Assembly (NCBI GenBank): GCA_963666835.2
Contig: CAXXGO010000006.1
Span: forward strand, 2,464,001-2,528,000
From: Phycisphaerae bacterium
GTDB taxonomy: Bacteria > Planctomycetota > Phycisphaerae > UBA1845
Direction: 5' to 3'
Length of the DNA stretch: 64,000 nt
A model generated the notes under the pieces. That model was not told the origin of the DNA. It worked only from the letters and a program-made list of their open reading frames with translations, and searched no databases. Shown piece by piece: positions 48,442-57,619 of this stretch. The translations under genes were made by a program, and so were the position numbers. The number at the start of each line of letters is the position of its first letter. The first letter of the stretch is position 1.

Positions 48442-48570
48442 CAACGAGGTACCCGCGTCCCGACCGGCACGGGCGAGGCTGCGCGGTTATCGGAGTATCC
48501 TGACGCTGGCGATCGGCCCTGCGGGAGTGCGCGGGCGGTCGAGAGCATTGTGAAAGAGGATTGTCGCTCG

Positions 48571-50565
48571 ATGGCACACGATCATTTCAAGGACGTCCAA
48601 GCCGAGACTATTCGCGCCAGCGGTTTGTTGATCGGCACCATGATGGGCGGAATGTTGGTGGTGGCGTCTTTTGTGGTGGACTTCCCGATCGTCGCCAACA
48701 CGCTTTTCCAGTTTGATCCGACCGTTAACGGACGCATGCCGTACTCCGATGTGTTGGCACTTCTCGGCGCGATCATGCTCGGCGGGCCGCTGGTGTGGCA
48801 CGCGATCAAGTCGCTTCTGCAGTCGCATGCGCATATTGATGAGTTGGTGGCGCTGGCGATTGTGGCGGCCGTAGCCTTGGGCGAGTACCAGGAGGCGGGG
48901 ATCATTGCCTTCTTCATGGTGCTGTCCAACCTTATCGAGACTCGGACTGCCCTGGGGGCGCGGGCGTCGATTGAATCCTTATTGCGGTTGACCCCTGACC
49001 AGGCGCATCGGATCCTTCCGGACGGTTCGGAGGAGGAGGTCAATGCGCATGATTTGAAGCCGGGCGATGTGATCCGGGTGCGCCCGGGCGACAACATCGC
49101 CGCGGACGGGGAGGTGGCGGCGGGACAGTCGACCGTCAACCAGGCGACGATTACCGGAGAGTCGATTCCGGTCGACAAGGAAGCCGGCGATGAAGTGTTC
49201 GGCGGAACGAGCAATCTGACCGGGGCACTGGAGGTGCGGGTAACCAAAGCGGGCAAAGATGCCACGCTCGGCAGGGTGCAGGAACTGATCCTCGACGCGG
49301 AGCGAACGCGCAGCCCGATGATGCGACTGATCGACAAATACGCGGCGTGGTATACGCCGACGGTGTGCATGTTGGCGGCGATTGTGTGGTTCTTTTCCGA
49401 GGACAAGGAAGTCGGCGTGAAGAAGGCGATTACTATGATGATTATCGCCTGCCCATGTTCGTTGATCCTCGCTACGCCGACTGCGATGGTGGCGGCACTG
49501 AGCTGCGCAGCCCGTTTTGGTGTTCTGATCAAGAGCGTGATCCAGCTTGAGTTCGCCAGGACTCTTACCGCCGTAGTGTTCGACAAGACCGGTACGTTGA
49601 CTACCGGAAAGCTGTCGGTGACGCAGATGAAGCCTGCTCCGGGCGTGGACGGGGCGGACTTGCTCTTCGCGGCCGCTTCCGCAGAGCATTTGAGTAAGCA
49701 CCCGGCGGCCATTGCGTTGGTCGAGATCGCCAAGCGGGCCAAGATAGAAATCGCCCCCGCCGACGATTTTGAAGAAACCGCCGGCCGCGGGGTCAGCGCC
49801 CGAATCGAGGGGAGCGTCGTTTTAGTGGGGCGAAGCACCTGGCTGGCGGATCGTGGGGTCGATATGTCGTTGACTAAGGACCCCGAGTTCGCCGAACCCG
49901 AGGGGGTCAGCATGTTGTACGCGGCCCGCGATGGGAAGTGTCTCGGCTGGCTGGGGTTGGAAGACCGCACGCGCGGCGAGGCCCGCGCGGCGATCGATGA
50001 GCTTCGGAAGTTCAAGATCCGCAACCTGTCGATGGTGACGGGTGACAAATGGTCGGTTGCCCGGCGCGTCGGAGCGGAGATGGGCTGTACGGAGGTGCAA
50101 GCAGAGGTCCTTCCGGAGGACAAGCTCCGTCTGGTTGATGATCTGCGGAAGCGAGGACACCGGGTTGCCGTGGTGGGGGACGGCGTAAACGACGCCCCGA
50201 TGCTCGCGGCCAGCGACCTGGGTATCGCGATGGGGGCCGCCGGGAGCGATGTGGCAATCAACTCGGCGGACATTGCGCTGATGACCAACGACTTGAGCCG
50301 GCTGCCGTTCTTGGTTCGGCTATCGCAAGCCACGATGCGCGTGGTGTGGCAGAACATAGTCTTCGGGGTGCTGTTTATCGTCGGAATGATGACCCTGGCC
50401 ATCTGGGGACCGCTCACGCCGATCATTGCTGCGGTGGCCCACACCGGGGCGGCGCTGTTCGTCGCGTTTAACAGTGCCCGGTTATTCCGGTTCGGCGAGG
50501 ATCATGAGTCGGCCCTGGATGACTACGCGATGGCACTGCCGTCGCGCCCGGTTCAGGCAGGTTGA
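48571..50565 (+). CDS. Heavy-metal-translocating P1B-type ATPase without an N-terminal metal-binding domain
   Basis: TGES, CPC, DKTGTLT, HP, TGD and GDGVNDAP motifs. Confidence 0.93.
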   Translation: MAHDHFKDVQAETIRASGLLIGTMMGGMLVVASFVVDFPIVANTLFQFDPTVNGRMPYSDVLALLGAIMLGGPLVWHAIKSLLQSHAHIDELVALAIVAAVALGEYQEAGIIAFFMVLSNLIETRTALGARASIESLLRLTPDQAHRILPDGSEEEVNAHDLKPGDVIRVRPGDNIAADGEVAAGQSTVNQATITGESIPVDKEAGDEVFGGTSNLTGALEVRVTKAGKDATLGRVQELILDAERTRSPMMRLIDKYAAWYTPTVCMLAAIVWFFSEDKEVGVKKAITMMIIACPCSLILATPTAMVAALSCAARFGVLIKSVIQLEFARTLTAVVFDKTGTLTTGKLSVTQMKPAPGVDGADLLFAAASAEHLSKHPAAIALVEIAKRAKIEIAPADDFEETAGRGVSARIEGSVVLVGRSTWLADRGVDMSLTKDPEFAEPEGVSMLYAARDGKCLGWLGLEDRTRGEARAAIDELRKFKIRNLSMVTGDKWSVARRVGAEMGCTEVQAEVLPEDKLRLVDDLRKRGHRVAVVGDGVNDAPMLAASDLGIAMGAAGSDVAINSADIALMTNDLSRLPFLVRLSQATMRVVWQNIVFGVLFIVGMMTLAIWGPLTPIIAAVAHTGAALFVAFNSARLFRFGEDHESALDDYAMALPSRPVQAG

Positions 50566-50613
50566 TTTTAGCGGCATTCTGGACGGCTGAAGAGCGAGGT
50601 GCGTCGTTGTTGC

Positions 50614-51363
50614 CTACGATGGCTCGCGCAGGATGTGGACCAGCCCGATGCCTCCGCGTATTACCAGGCTGATCATCAAGAGCAGCAGTAACGTTGCTAC
50701 GGTCAGGTTAAGAACAGCCCAGCCGTTCTGCACCCGCGGATCAGCGACATCGAACAGGGAACTGATCGTGGCGGCTGCGATGCCGAGGATGATTATTGCG
50801 ACCAGCGACCCGCGGAGGTTCCCCGGGAACGGCGCGATCCGAACAGTCAGACATACCAGCAGATAAACGAATAGCCCCGCCTTCCAGTCGGTGAATCCTG
50901 CGGTTGCCAATGCCGAAGCGATCGACTCGACCAGCGAGACTTGATCGCGCAGAAGCTGCCAGAAGCCCGGCCACGTGGTCGGCAGGGAGGGCCCCACGAC
51001 CCGCGTATCCAACGCGGCCAGGATCGGCTGACCGAGTTGCCCGGCGACGAGGTATATTGCGACGGCACAGGCCAGGAGGGGGAGCAGGCCAATCACCACG
51101 GGTCCGACCACGGGTATTCGTGGTCGCGGGTCCGGGGTAGTCTCCGGGTCGCCGGATTCGTCGTCCTTGAATAGGGTGGTGTTGGTCACGGTAGCCCCGG
51201 TTACGAGCAGGCCGAGGACGTGGCCTACCTGAGCCACCAGCGTTCCGGGAAGCAGGATGGCGTTGAAGATCTTCGGCTTGACCATGCTGGCCCAGAGATT
51301 ATGCACGCCCCAGGCAGTCAATACGATCAGCAGCAGCCAGAAGGTCAGCGCAAGGTAGAGCAC
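50614..51363 (-). CDS. Integral membrane protein, M50-like scaffold with a degenerate HExxH motif
   Basis: About six TM segments. LPGTLVAQVGHVLGLLVTGA matches by eye the PG.xxHExxH...TG region of membrane metalloproteases. AAGGA RBS and GTG start. Confidence 0.6.
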   Translation of the reverse strand: MLYLALTFWLLLIVLTAWGVHNLWASMVKPKIFNAILLPGTLVAQVGHVLGLLVTGATVTNTTLFKDDESGDPETTPDPRPRIPVVGPVVIGLLPLLACAVAIYLVAGQLGQPILAALDTRVVGPSLPTTWPGFWQLLRDQVSLVESIASALATAGFTDWKAGLFVYLLVCLTVRIAPFPGNLRGSLVAIIILGIAAATISSLFDVADPRVQNGWAVLNLTVATLLLLLMISLVIRGGIGLVHILREPS

Positions 51364-51656
51364 GTCTCACCGTCCTTTGGTTTGCCCAACCCACCCATCG
51401 ATTCGCCCTCCTCTGCCGCGGCGCGCACACTCCAAATGCGCTTCCGAGATCATACCTTTCGACTATCGGCGCGGCGGTGGTTCTGTCGTCATTAAAACTG
51501 TGCTGAAGCGGTCGCGGCGACCGGAGCTTATGTGAAGGGAGCGAGGACGCCGCGGATCTGGGTTTCTTCTTGGAGCCGCAGGTTCTCCAAGGTAGCATGG
51601 CTTGTCGGAATCGGGGTCGGGACGATTACTCGCTGAGTTGCTTGGAGGTGGATGGA

Positions 51657-52961
51657 ATGTCGTTTCTACGAGTCAGGGCAGTGGTTGCGCTTCCGTTCTT
51701 CGTGTTGCTCGGGCCTGTGTTGGTTATTTGCATGGGTGGCGGGGGAGACTCTGCGGTTGCCGTCACGGGCGACTGCCCGGACGCCACCATTACAATCGAA
51801 ATCAAGACCGATTTCTATCCTCAGGATATCACCTGGGAGCTGGTTCAGCAGGGTTACGGCGTGGTGGTTTCGGATGGGCCCCTCAGCCAGGCGTACACGG
51901 TACACACCTGGGATGTGTGCGTCGACTCGACCGCGTGCTACGACTTCACCATCTATGACTCGTACGGGGACGGCTTGGAGCACCCGGAGTATTACCGCGT
52001 GTTCTATGAGGGGGAACTTGTCGGTTCGGGCGGTCCGTTCGGCGACTTCGAGACCGTGCTTGATATTGGTGACGGATGCGTGGCACCATTCTGCGGCGAC
52101 GGAACTTGCGATCCCGACGAATCCCATCTGAGCTGCCCGGAGGATTGCCCGCCCTGTGAGTACTGCCAGGCATGTTACACCGAGCAGGAGAGCGAGTGGA
52201 TTACCCGCGTCGTGTTCAACACGATCGACAACCGTAGCGGGCAGGACGGCCCGTGCAGTTATGGCGATTACACCGCGGTTTCGACAACGTTGATGCGCGA
52301 GTCGACGCATAATCTACGCGTGTCGTTCTTCTCGAACGGGCAGTGGGATGAACATGTGCGGGCGTGGATCGACTGGAACCGGGATTGTGCGTTCGAGTCC
52401 AGTGAGAGCTACTACCTGGGTGAGGGCGTGGATGCGACCCTTTCGAGATCCGTAACGGTGCCGGCGGATGCGCTACTGGGCTGTACGCGAATGCGCGTGG
52501 TCGACAACTACGACACGGATGCCCGCGAGCCCTGCCCCGATCTGCTGTACGGCGAGGTGGAAGACTACACGGTCTGCGTAACGGACGGCACTGTCGGGGC
52601 CTGTTGCGTCGATGCCGACCCTTGGTGTCGAGGCTTTGTCACTGAGGCCGAGTGCGACGCCCAAGGCGGTATGTTCCTCGGCATCGACAGCACGTGCGAC
52701 GTGCCCGACTGCAATGACAACGGCGTTTCCGATCTATGCGACTTCGTTGCCGACGGTGATTTCACCGCCGACGGAGTCGTCGGGCTCGAGGACTACGAAG
52801 CGCTGGTCGAATGCCTGGACGGCCCGGGAGCATCACCGACCGTCCCGATCCCCGATTGCCTCAGTACTTACTTAGCCGCCTTCGACGCCGATATGGACGG
52901 CGACGTCGACCTGCGCGACGTGGGCGCGTTTCACATTTGTTTTGCCGTTTCGAATGAATAG
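51657..52961 (+). CDS. Secreted modular protein: beta-sandwich, CGDG Cys motif, GEVED domain, one GACC module and a dockerin-like C-terminus
   Basis: GGAGGTG RBS. TD.YP.DITWEL...FTIYDSYGDG, CGDGTCD..E....CPEDC, AWIDWNRD..F...E, GEVEDY, GACC, DFTADGVVGLED and DADMDGDVDLRD. Confidence 0.8.
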   Translation: MSFLRVRAVVALPFFVLLGPVLVICMGGGGDSAVAVTGDCPDATITIEIKTDFYPQDITWELVQQGYGVVVSDGPLSQAYTVHTWDVCVDSTACYDFTIYDSYGDGLEHPEYYRVFYEGELVGSGGPFGDFETVLDIGDGCVAPFCGDGTCDPDESHLSCPEDCPPCEYCQACYTEQESEWITRVVFNTIDNRSGQDGPCSYGDYTAVSTTLMRESTHNLRVSFFSNGQWDEHVRAWIDWNRDCAFESSESYYLGEGVDATLSRSVTVPADALLGCTRMRVVDNYDTDAREPCPDLLYGEVEDYTVCVTDGTVGACCVDADPWCRGFVTEAECDAQGGMFLGIDSTCDVPDCNDNGVSDLCDFVADGDFTADGVVGLEDYEALVECLDGPGASPTVPIPDCLSTYLAAFDADMDGDVDLRDVGAFHICFAVSNE

Positions 52962-53058
52962 CGGGATTGTGTAACCACCGGTGCTTGTTTCTTTGGGGGG
53001 GCGTCTTTGGAGCGGGGGGACGCCCGCCGCCGGAGGGTCGGTCGTTGATGTCGTTCTT

Positions 53059-54777
53059 CTAGGGGACGGATTCAGGGATGGCGGCTTCTTCGCCCGGCTG
53101 ATCGGATGGAACTCGTAGGGGCTGCCGGTCCTCGCCGATCAGCAGGCGGGTGGGCGTGCAGAACCTGTCGTACAACGTGAGAGACCAACCGCCGGCCACC
53201 CGCTCGATCTCGTATCCGCCGGGGACGTCCATCGCGATTGGGTCCAGCCGCCCGAAGTGGTCGCTGGCGAAGAGGTCGCATGCTTCGGCAAGCGCGGCAG
53301 GCCAAACCGCCTCCAAGCCACCAGTTTCCGGCCATCGTTTCATCGACAGTTCGAAGGCGAAGTTGTTCACGTTTCTGTAGCGTTGCATTCCCAGCCACCC
53401 GGTCCCCTTGGGGCCCGTTTCTACGGTCGGCACGATTGCTGTCATCGAGAAACCGACGGCGGGGACCAGCAGCACCCCGCACACAACGTATGCAAGGAAC
53501 CGCTTCGAACGTGCCTTGCCTGAGTGGCATCCCATGATCGTCAGCGACAAGGCAACAACACCAAGAGAGAAGAATGCAACGCCTTGCCCGACCTCTGCGG
53601 CCGCTTCGTGCGCATATTCGGTTCGTCGATACGGGTTGCAGGGCTCCCATTCCAGATAGAAATCCTCAGTCATATCTTCCGGGTCGAGCTCCCCGCGAAG
53701 GTGTGTCAACACGCAGTCCGGCCACATCACCGCTACAACCTCCGGATGACCGATGCCGGCGTTATGCGTGTTGTTCGCTCGGTACAACGTGGCACATTCA
53801 TCCGTGACGAAGTCCGAGCGGTAGACACCTTGGTTACGCCGATTGGTGTTCGTGGCGTCAGGTTGGTAACGATCCACAAGAACCGGCCTCATGGATCGGT
53901 GCGCCCCGGCCTTGTCTGCAATGATGAACAGATCAAGCTGCATAGGATCAGCATTGACGCCGGTCAACTTCATGGGATAAACCGCACGCTCGGTCGGAAA
54001 CACGAACTTCAGGGGATGAGGTGTGATTGTGGAGGAGCCGCCTGTTTTGATCTGGGCCGCCGCAAAGCACCAACCCCGTTTCGCGTAGTCGGAGAGAACG
54101 GGCTCGGCTTGCTCGGAAACGTGGAAGCCGCGCTCGGTGAGCCACTGGCGGATCGACTCGCCATTGGTGCCGCTGATGACGGCTACATCGTACGCTCCGA
54201 TCTGGCGGCTATCGATAACCGTTACGCCAGATGCGCCCGGCGATACGCCGGCCGTACCCAGGCTCGGAAGCAAGATGCCCGACACCACGAGAAAAACGAG
54301 CAGAAGCAGCACGGCATTCAGGACGGACCTGAAGGGCTTTTCGGGAGTGCCGCTCCAGTACTTTGCCAATGCGATTATGGATGCCAAGAGGCATGATACC
54401 GCCACCAGGCGGCCGACCAGCAGGATGCCGCTGGCATCAGATCGAATCTCCGGCCCGGTCAGTAGATGCATGGTCCTGAGGAGCCCGGGCTTGCAGGCGG
54501 CTACATCGGTTGGGACCCCCGGCAGCGGCACGACCCATCCAACGCGCTCTTCCGCGTTCTGCGCGGTCGATTCGACAATGAGGGTCTCAATGCCGTCCTT
54601 GTAGCTGACGATTGCTCTTTGATATGGGATCGTAGGATCGGCCTCGGCGCCTACGTTTCGGAAGAACTTGCCATCAGCATCGGCGGTGCCGGGTGTGCTC
54701 AACATCAGGAGTACGATTCCGAGGACCAATGCCCGAGTGAGGAGCTCGGAGCTTCCGTGCCTTTGGGTTGTTCTCAT
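53059..54777 (-). CDS. DUF2330 domain membrane protein
   Basis: Signal peptide-ADG, QRAIV, ETLIVE, GWVVPLP, G.YDVAVI, WL..RGF, Y...GWCFAA, HPLKF.F and YPMKLT motifs, plus C-terminal TM segments. Confidence 0.8.
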   Translation of the reverse strand: MRTTQRHGSSELLTRALVLGIVLLMLSTPGTADADGKFFRNVGAEADPTIPYQRAIVSYKDGIETLIVESTAQNAEERVGWVVPLPGVPTDVAACKPGLLRTMHLLTGPEIRSDASGILLVGRLVAVSCLLASIIALAKYWSGTPEKPFRSVLNAVLLLLVFLVVSGILLPSLGTAGVSPGASGVTVIDSRQIGAYDVAVISGTNGESIRQWLTERGFHVSEQAEPVLSDYAKRGWCFAAAQIKTGGSSTITPHPLKFVFPTERAVYPMKLTGVNADPMQLDLFIIADKAGAHRSMRPVLVDRYQPDATNTNRRNQGVYRSDFVTDECATLYRANNTHNAGIGHPEVVAVMWPDCVLTHLRGELDPEDMTEDFYLEWEPCNPYRRTEYAHEAAAEVGQGVAFFSLGVVALSLTIMGCHSGKARSKRFLAYVVCGVLLVPAVGFSMTAIVPTVETGPKGTGWLGMQRYRNVNNFAFELSMKRWPETGGLEAVWPAALAEACDLFASDHFGRLDPIAMDVPGGYEIERVAGGWSLTLYDRFCTPTRLLIGEDRQPLRVPSDQPGEEAAIPESVP

Positions 54778-54960
54778 CCTGAATCTACCCCGATAGACGC
54801 AGCACCTGATGCGTGTGAGCTACAACTACATGTTATACGCTGGTTTTGTCAAACCGGTTTCCAGTAGGGTGACGTTTCCAACACGCGGCAAGCCGCCGGC
54901 GACTTCCCCGGACTTGGCACGCAACCCATCACCTTGGACACCTTGTCTAAAAGTCCCGTA

Positions 54961-55010
54961 CGACCCTCTTGACGTGCGGGCTCTTACCTGTAATCATAAT
55001 AAGTACTGAT
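54961..55010 (+). promoter_or_regulatory. Promoter region with possible Fur/PerR-type AT-rich operator
   Basis: TTGACG at 54969 followed by TGTAATCATAATAAG, an AAT-n-AT array reminiscent of Fur-family boxes, directly upstream of the regulator gene. Confidence 0.4.
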
Positions 55011-55021
55011 AAGGGGGGCGT

Positions 55022-55438
55022 GTGCAGACGAAGGGGCCACAGCGGAATACGCGGCAGCGGCAGGTGGTGTTGGAGGAGCTTAAGAAGCTGACTTCGCACC
55101 CGACGGCCGCGGAGTTGTACGAGATCACCCGGGCGCGGTTGCCGAAGATTAGCCTCGGCACGGTCTACCGTAACCTGGAACTGCTGGCCGAGAACTCGGT
55201 CATCCAGAAGTTGACGATGGGCGGCGGGGAGGCGCGGTTCGACGGCAACCCGGAGCGTCACTACCACGTTCGGTGCGTCTATTGCGGACGGGTGGACGAT
55301 GTGCATGACCTGCCGGCCGGTTTCGTGAAGAACGTCGCTCCGAAGCTCGGTGGCTATGAGATTCTCGGGTATCGTCTGGATTTCAACGGGATATGCCCCG
55401 AGTGTAAGAAGAAACGACCCGGATCGGAGAGAGGCTGA
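55022..55438 (+). CDS. perR: Fur-family transcriptional repressor, probably PerR-like
   Basis: R.TRQR, HPTAAELY, ISLGTVYRNL, RFD, HYHVRCVYCG.VDD and GICPEC. Adjacent to peroxide-defence genes. Confidence 0.85.
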   Translation: MQTKGPQRNTRQRQVVLEELKKLTSHPTAAELYEITRARLPKISLGTVYRNLELLAENSVIQKLTMGGGEARFDGNPERHYHVRCVYCGRVDDVHDLPAGFVKNVAPKLGGYEILGYRLDFNGICPECKKKRPGSERG

Positions 55439-55805
55439 AAGCGGCCCGATCGCGCGGGCGATGCGGCTGCGTTGGTCATGATTGACCGGGAACTGGGCGC
55501 ACCGGTTCGACCGCGGACGCACAATAGGCGGTGTCGCTCCGGCAGCGGCGACGGGAGCGCCTCGCGGCGTTCTTGCTGGCGAGATGGGCGGGCTGCCCGG
55601 ATGGACGCTCGCCGCGGGCATCGGTAGTATGAATATGACGTGTTCCCCGGCAGGGGGCATGGTTAGAGCCGTCGAGAAAGACCGGTCGACCTCTTGACGC
55701 GCTTTACGAGTGTTGTAGATCACTTTGAAACGTGCCGGGTATCGCATCGAGAGTTCGGGCGGTCCGCACCGAGATACGGTTCCGCCTTATGGAGGTTCAA
55801 CAGAG

Positions 55806-56321
55806 ATGACCGAACGTGCCAATGCAGTGACATTCAAGGGGGCTCCGCTGACGTTGATGGGTGGGGAGCTGAAAGTCGGGGATCAGGCTCCGCACTTTAC
55901 GCTGGTGGGCAATGATCTGGCCGACGTCGAGTGCAAGAGGTTTCACGGTAAGGTGCGGGTGTTGAGCGTGGCCCCAAGTATCGACACGCCCGTCTGCGCC
56001 GCGCAAACGCGTACGTTCAACAAGGAAGCGGCGGGTTTTTCGGAAGATGTCGTGATTGTGAGTGTGAGCATGGATCTGCCGTTTGCCCTTGCCCGTTTCT
56101 GCGGTGCGGACGGCATCGAACGCGTCATCACGGCCAGCGATTACAAGTATCGCAGTTTCGGCGAGGCCTACGGCGTCTTCATCCGTGAACTGGGTCTGTT
56201 GACCCGCGCGGTCTTTGTCATCGACCGTCAAGAGAAAGTGGTGTATGCGGAGTACGTACCGGAGGTGACGAGCGAGCCCGACTACGCTACGGCGTTGGAG
56301 GCCGTGAAGGCGGCTCTGTAG
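55806..56321 (+). CDS. tpx: Thiol peroxidase Tpx
   Basis: VTFKG.P..L.G, PSIDTPVC, SMDLPFA..RFCG and LL.RAVFV motifs. GGAGG RBS. Confidence 0.95.
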   Translation: MTERANAVTFKGAPLTLMGGELKVGDQAPHFTLVGNDLADVECKRFHGKVRVLSVAPSIDTPVCAAQTRTFNKEAAGFSEDVVIVSVSMDLPFALARFCGADGIERVITASDYKYRSFGEAYGVFIRELGLLTRAVFVIDRQEKVVYAEYVPEVTSEPDYATALEAVKAAL

Positions 56322-56376
56322 GTTGTGGCGGCGGGAAGGACTCGCTCCGCGGACCGGCGCCGGATCCTCAATAAGT

Positions 56377-56464
56377 GGTCCGTACAGTGGACCCCTCGCT
56401 GAATAAGGCGGTCCGTACAGTGGACCCTGCGTATTCTCACTCAGTAGGGTCCGCTGTACGGACC
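56377..56464. repeat. REP-like palindromes (3 copies, two of them forming an inverted pair)
   Basis: GGTCCGTACAGTGGACCC at 56377 and 56410, and the inverted GTAGGGTCCGCTGTACGGACC at 56444. Confidence 0.8.
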
Positions 56465-56495
56465 GTATGGTTCTGGTTGTAAGAAAGGAATCGAC

Positions 56496-56831
56496 ATGAA
56501 GAAGTGGAAATGCAGTGCGTGCGGGTATATTCATGACGGTGACGAGCCTCCGGCACAGTGCCCCAAGTGCGGCGCGATTGCCGAGAAGTTCACGTTGCTT
56601 GACGACACAGCGGCGAACCTGGTTGAGCGGTCGCGGCACACAAACTCTTTGCATTGCCGGCTCGTCAATCTGGGCCGCAAGATGGAGCAGGTCTGCAAGG
56701 ACGGCATCGAAGATAAGCTGGATCCGGGTTGCGTGGACGTTTTCGAGAAGACCCTGGCGCACAGCTATGAGATCATGAAGCTGGCGATGACGGAGATCCA
56801 GGGACACATCGCCAAGGGCAAGTGGGGGTAG
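56496..56831 (+). CDS. Rubredoxin-like protein with a helical C-terminal extension
   Basis: WKCSACGYIH.G..PP.QCPKCGA...KF motif. AAAGGAA RBS. Confidence 0.85.
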   Translation: MKKWKCSACGYIHDGDEPPAQCPKCGAIAEKFTLLDDTAANLVERSRHTNSLHCRLVNLGRKMEQVCKDGIEDKLDPGCVDVFEKTLAHSYEIMKLAMTEIQGHIAKGKWG

Positions 56832-56915
56832 AGAAGACCAGGGGCGAGTCGGACGATAGCGGCGCCGAGACCACGAGGGGCTCGTCGGCACGTTCCCGGA
56901 TTGCCGGAGGATTGT

Positions 56916-57050
56916 AGGGCGTTGGACAACGTGGACGGAATCCTCGATTACGCGATCAGCCAAGAGGAACAGGCGGCTAAGTTCTACACGGAGCTTGCCG
57001 AGGAGCGGTTCGAGATCGAGTACGACGATTACGTGTTCGGGAACGGGTAG
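56916..57050 (+). pseudogene. Internally deleted ferritin/rubrerythrin-like gene remnant
   Basis: GGAGG RBS, then AGG where ATG is expected. Translation ALDNVDGILDYAISQEEQAAKFYTELAEE-RFEIEYDDYVFGNG* joins helix 1 to the C-terminal tail of a ferritin-like protein. Not in the ORF track. Confidence 0.7.
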
Positions 57051-57073
57051 GCTGGAAGAGCGAGGAGCTGTAA

Positions 57074-57586
57074 ATGGTACGCGAGCAAAGCCAACTGGCG
57101 GAGGGATTGCTGAAAGCGGCGCAGGCTGAGCGGGACGGCCATAGTTTCTACCACATGGCCGCCACCACCAGCGAGGATCCCAAGGCCAAAGACGTTTTCG
57201 CCCAATTGGCCGCGGAAGAGTTGGATCACATGAACTTCTTGATCCGGCACTACGAGGCCGTGGTGAAGACGGGCAGTCCGGATCCGTCGGCGACCTTGGG
57301 AAAGCGGGTGGCGCTTACCGGAGCGTGGCCGATTTTCTCCGAGGGGATCAAGACGCGGCTGAAGGATGCTCATTACGAAATGAGCGCGCTGTCAATCGGC
57401 GTCCAGCTCGAGTTAGATGCCCAGAAGTTCTACCGCGAACTGGCAGGCCGTACGGATGAGCCGGCCGCGAAGAAGTTCCTGCTGGACCTGGCGGATTGGG
57501 AAGCGGAACACTATCAAGCGTTGCTTCGACAGCAGGAAGCGTTAAAAGAAGACTACTGGACCCAGAACGGCTTTACGGCGTTCTGA
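57074..57586 (+). CDS. Ferritin-like (rubrerythrin/erythrin family) di-iron protein
   Basis: A..AE.DG..FY, LAAEELDH, LELDAQKFY and LADWEAEH (two E...ExxH units). Confidence 0.88.
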   Translation: MVREQSQLAEGLLKAAQAERDGHSFYHMAATTSEDPKAKDVFAQLAAEELDHMNFLIRHYEAVVKTGSPDPSATLGKRVALTGAWPIFSEGIKTRLKDAHYEMSALSIGVQLELDAQKFYRELAGRTDEPAAKKFLLDLADWEAEHYQALLRQQEALKEDYWTQNGFTAF

Positions 57587-57619
57587 CAGGAATATCAGGC
57601 CAACAACGAAGGAAGTAGC

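Noticed and set aside
48582..50444. 620-aa minus-strand ORF
   Set aside because: It is the antisense shadow of the P-type ATPase, a common artefact of biased codon usage.
55439..55805. Small ORF, selenoprotein or sRNA between perR and tpx
   Set aside because: No recognisable reading frame, in-frame TGA with homology, or known RNA motif could be supported by eye.
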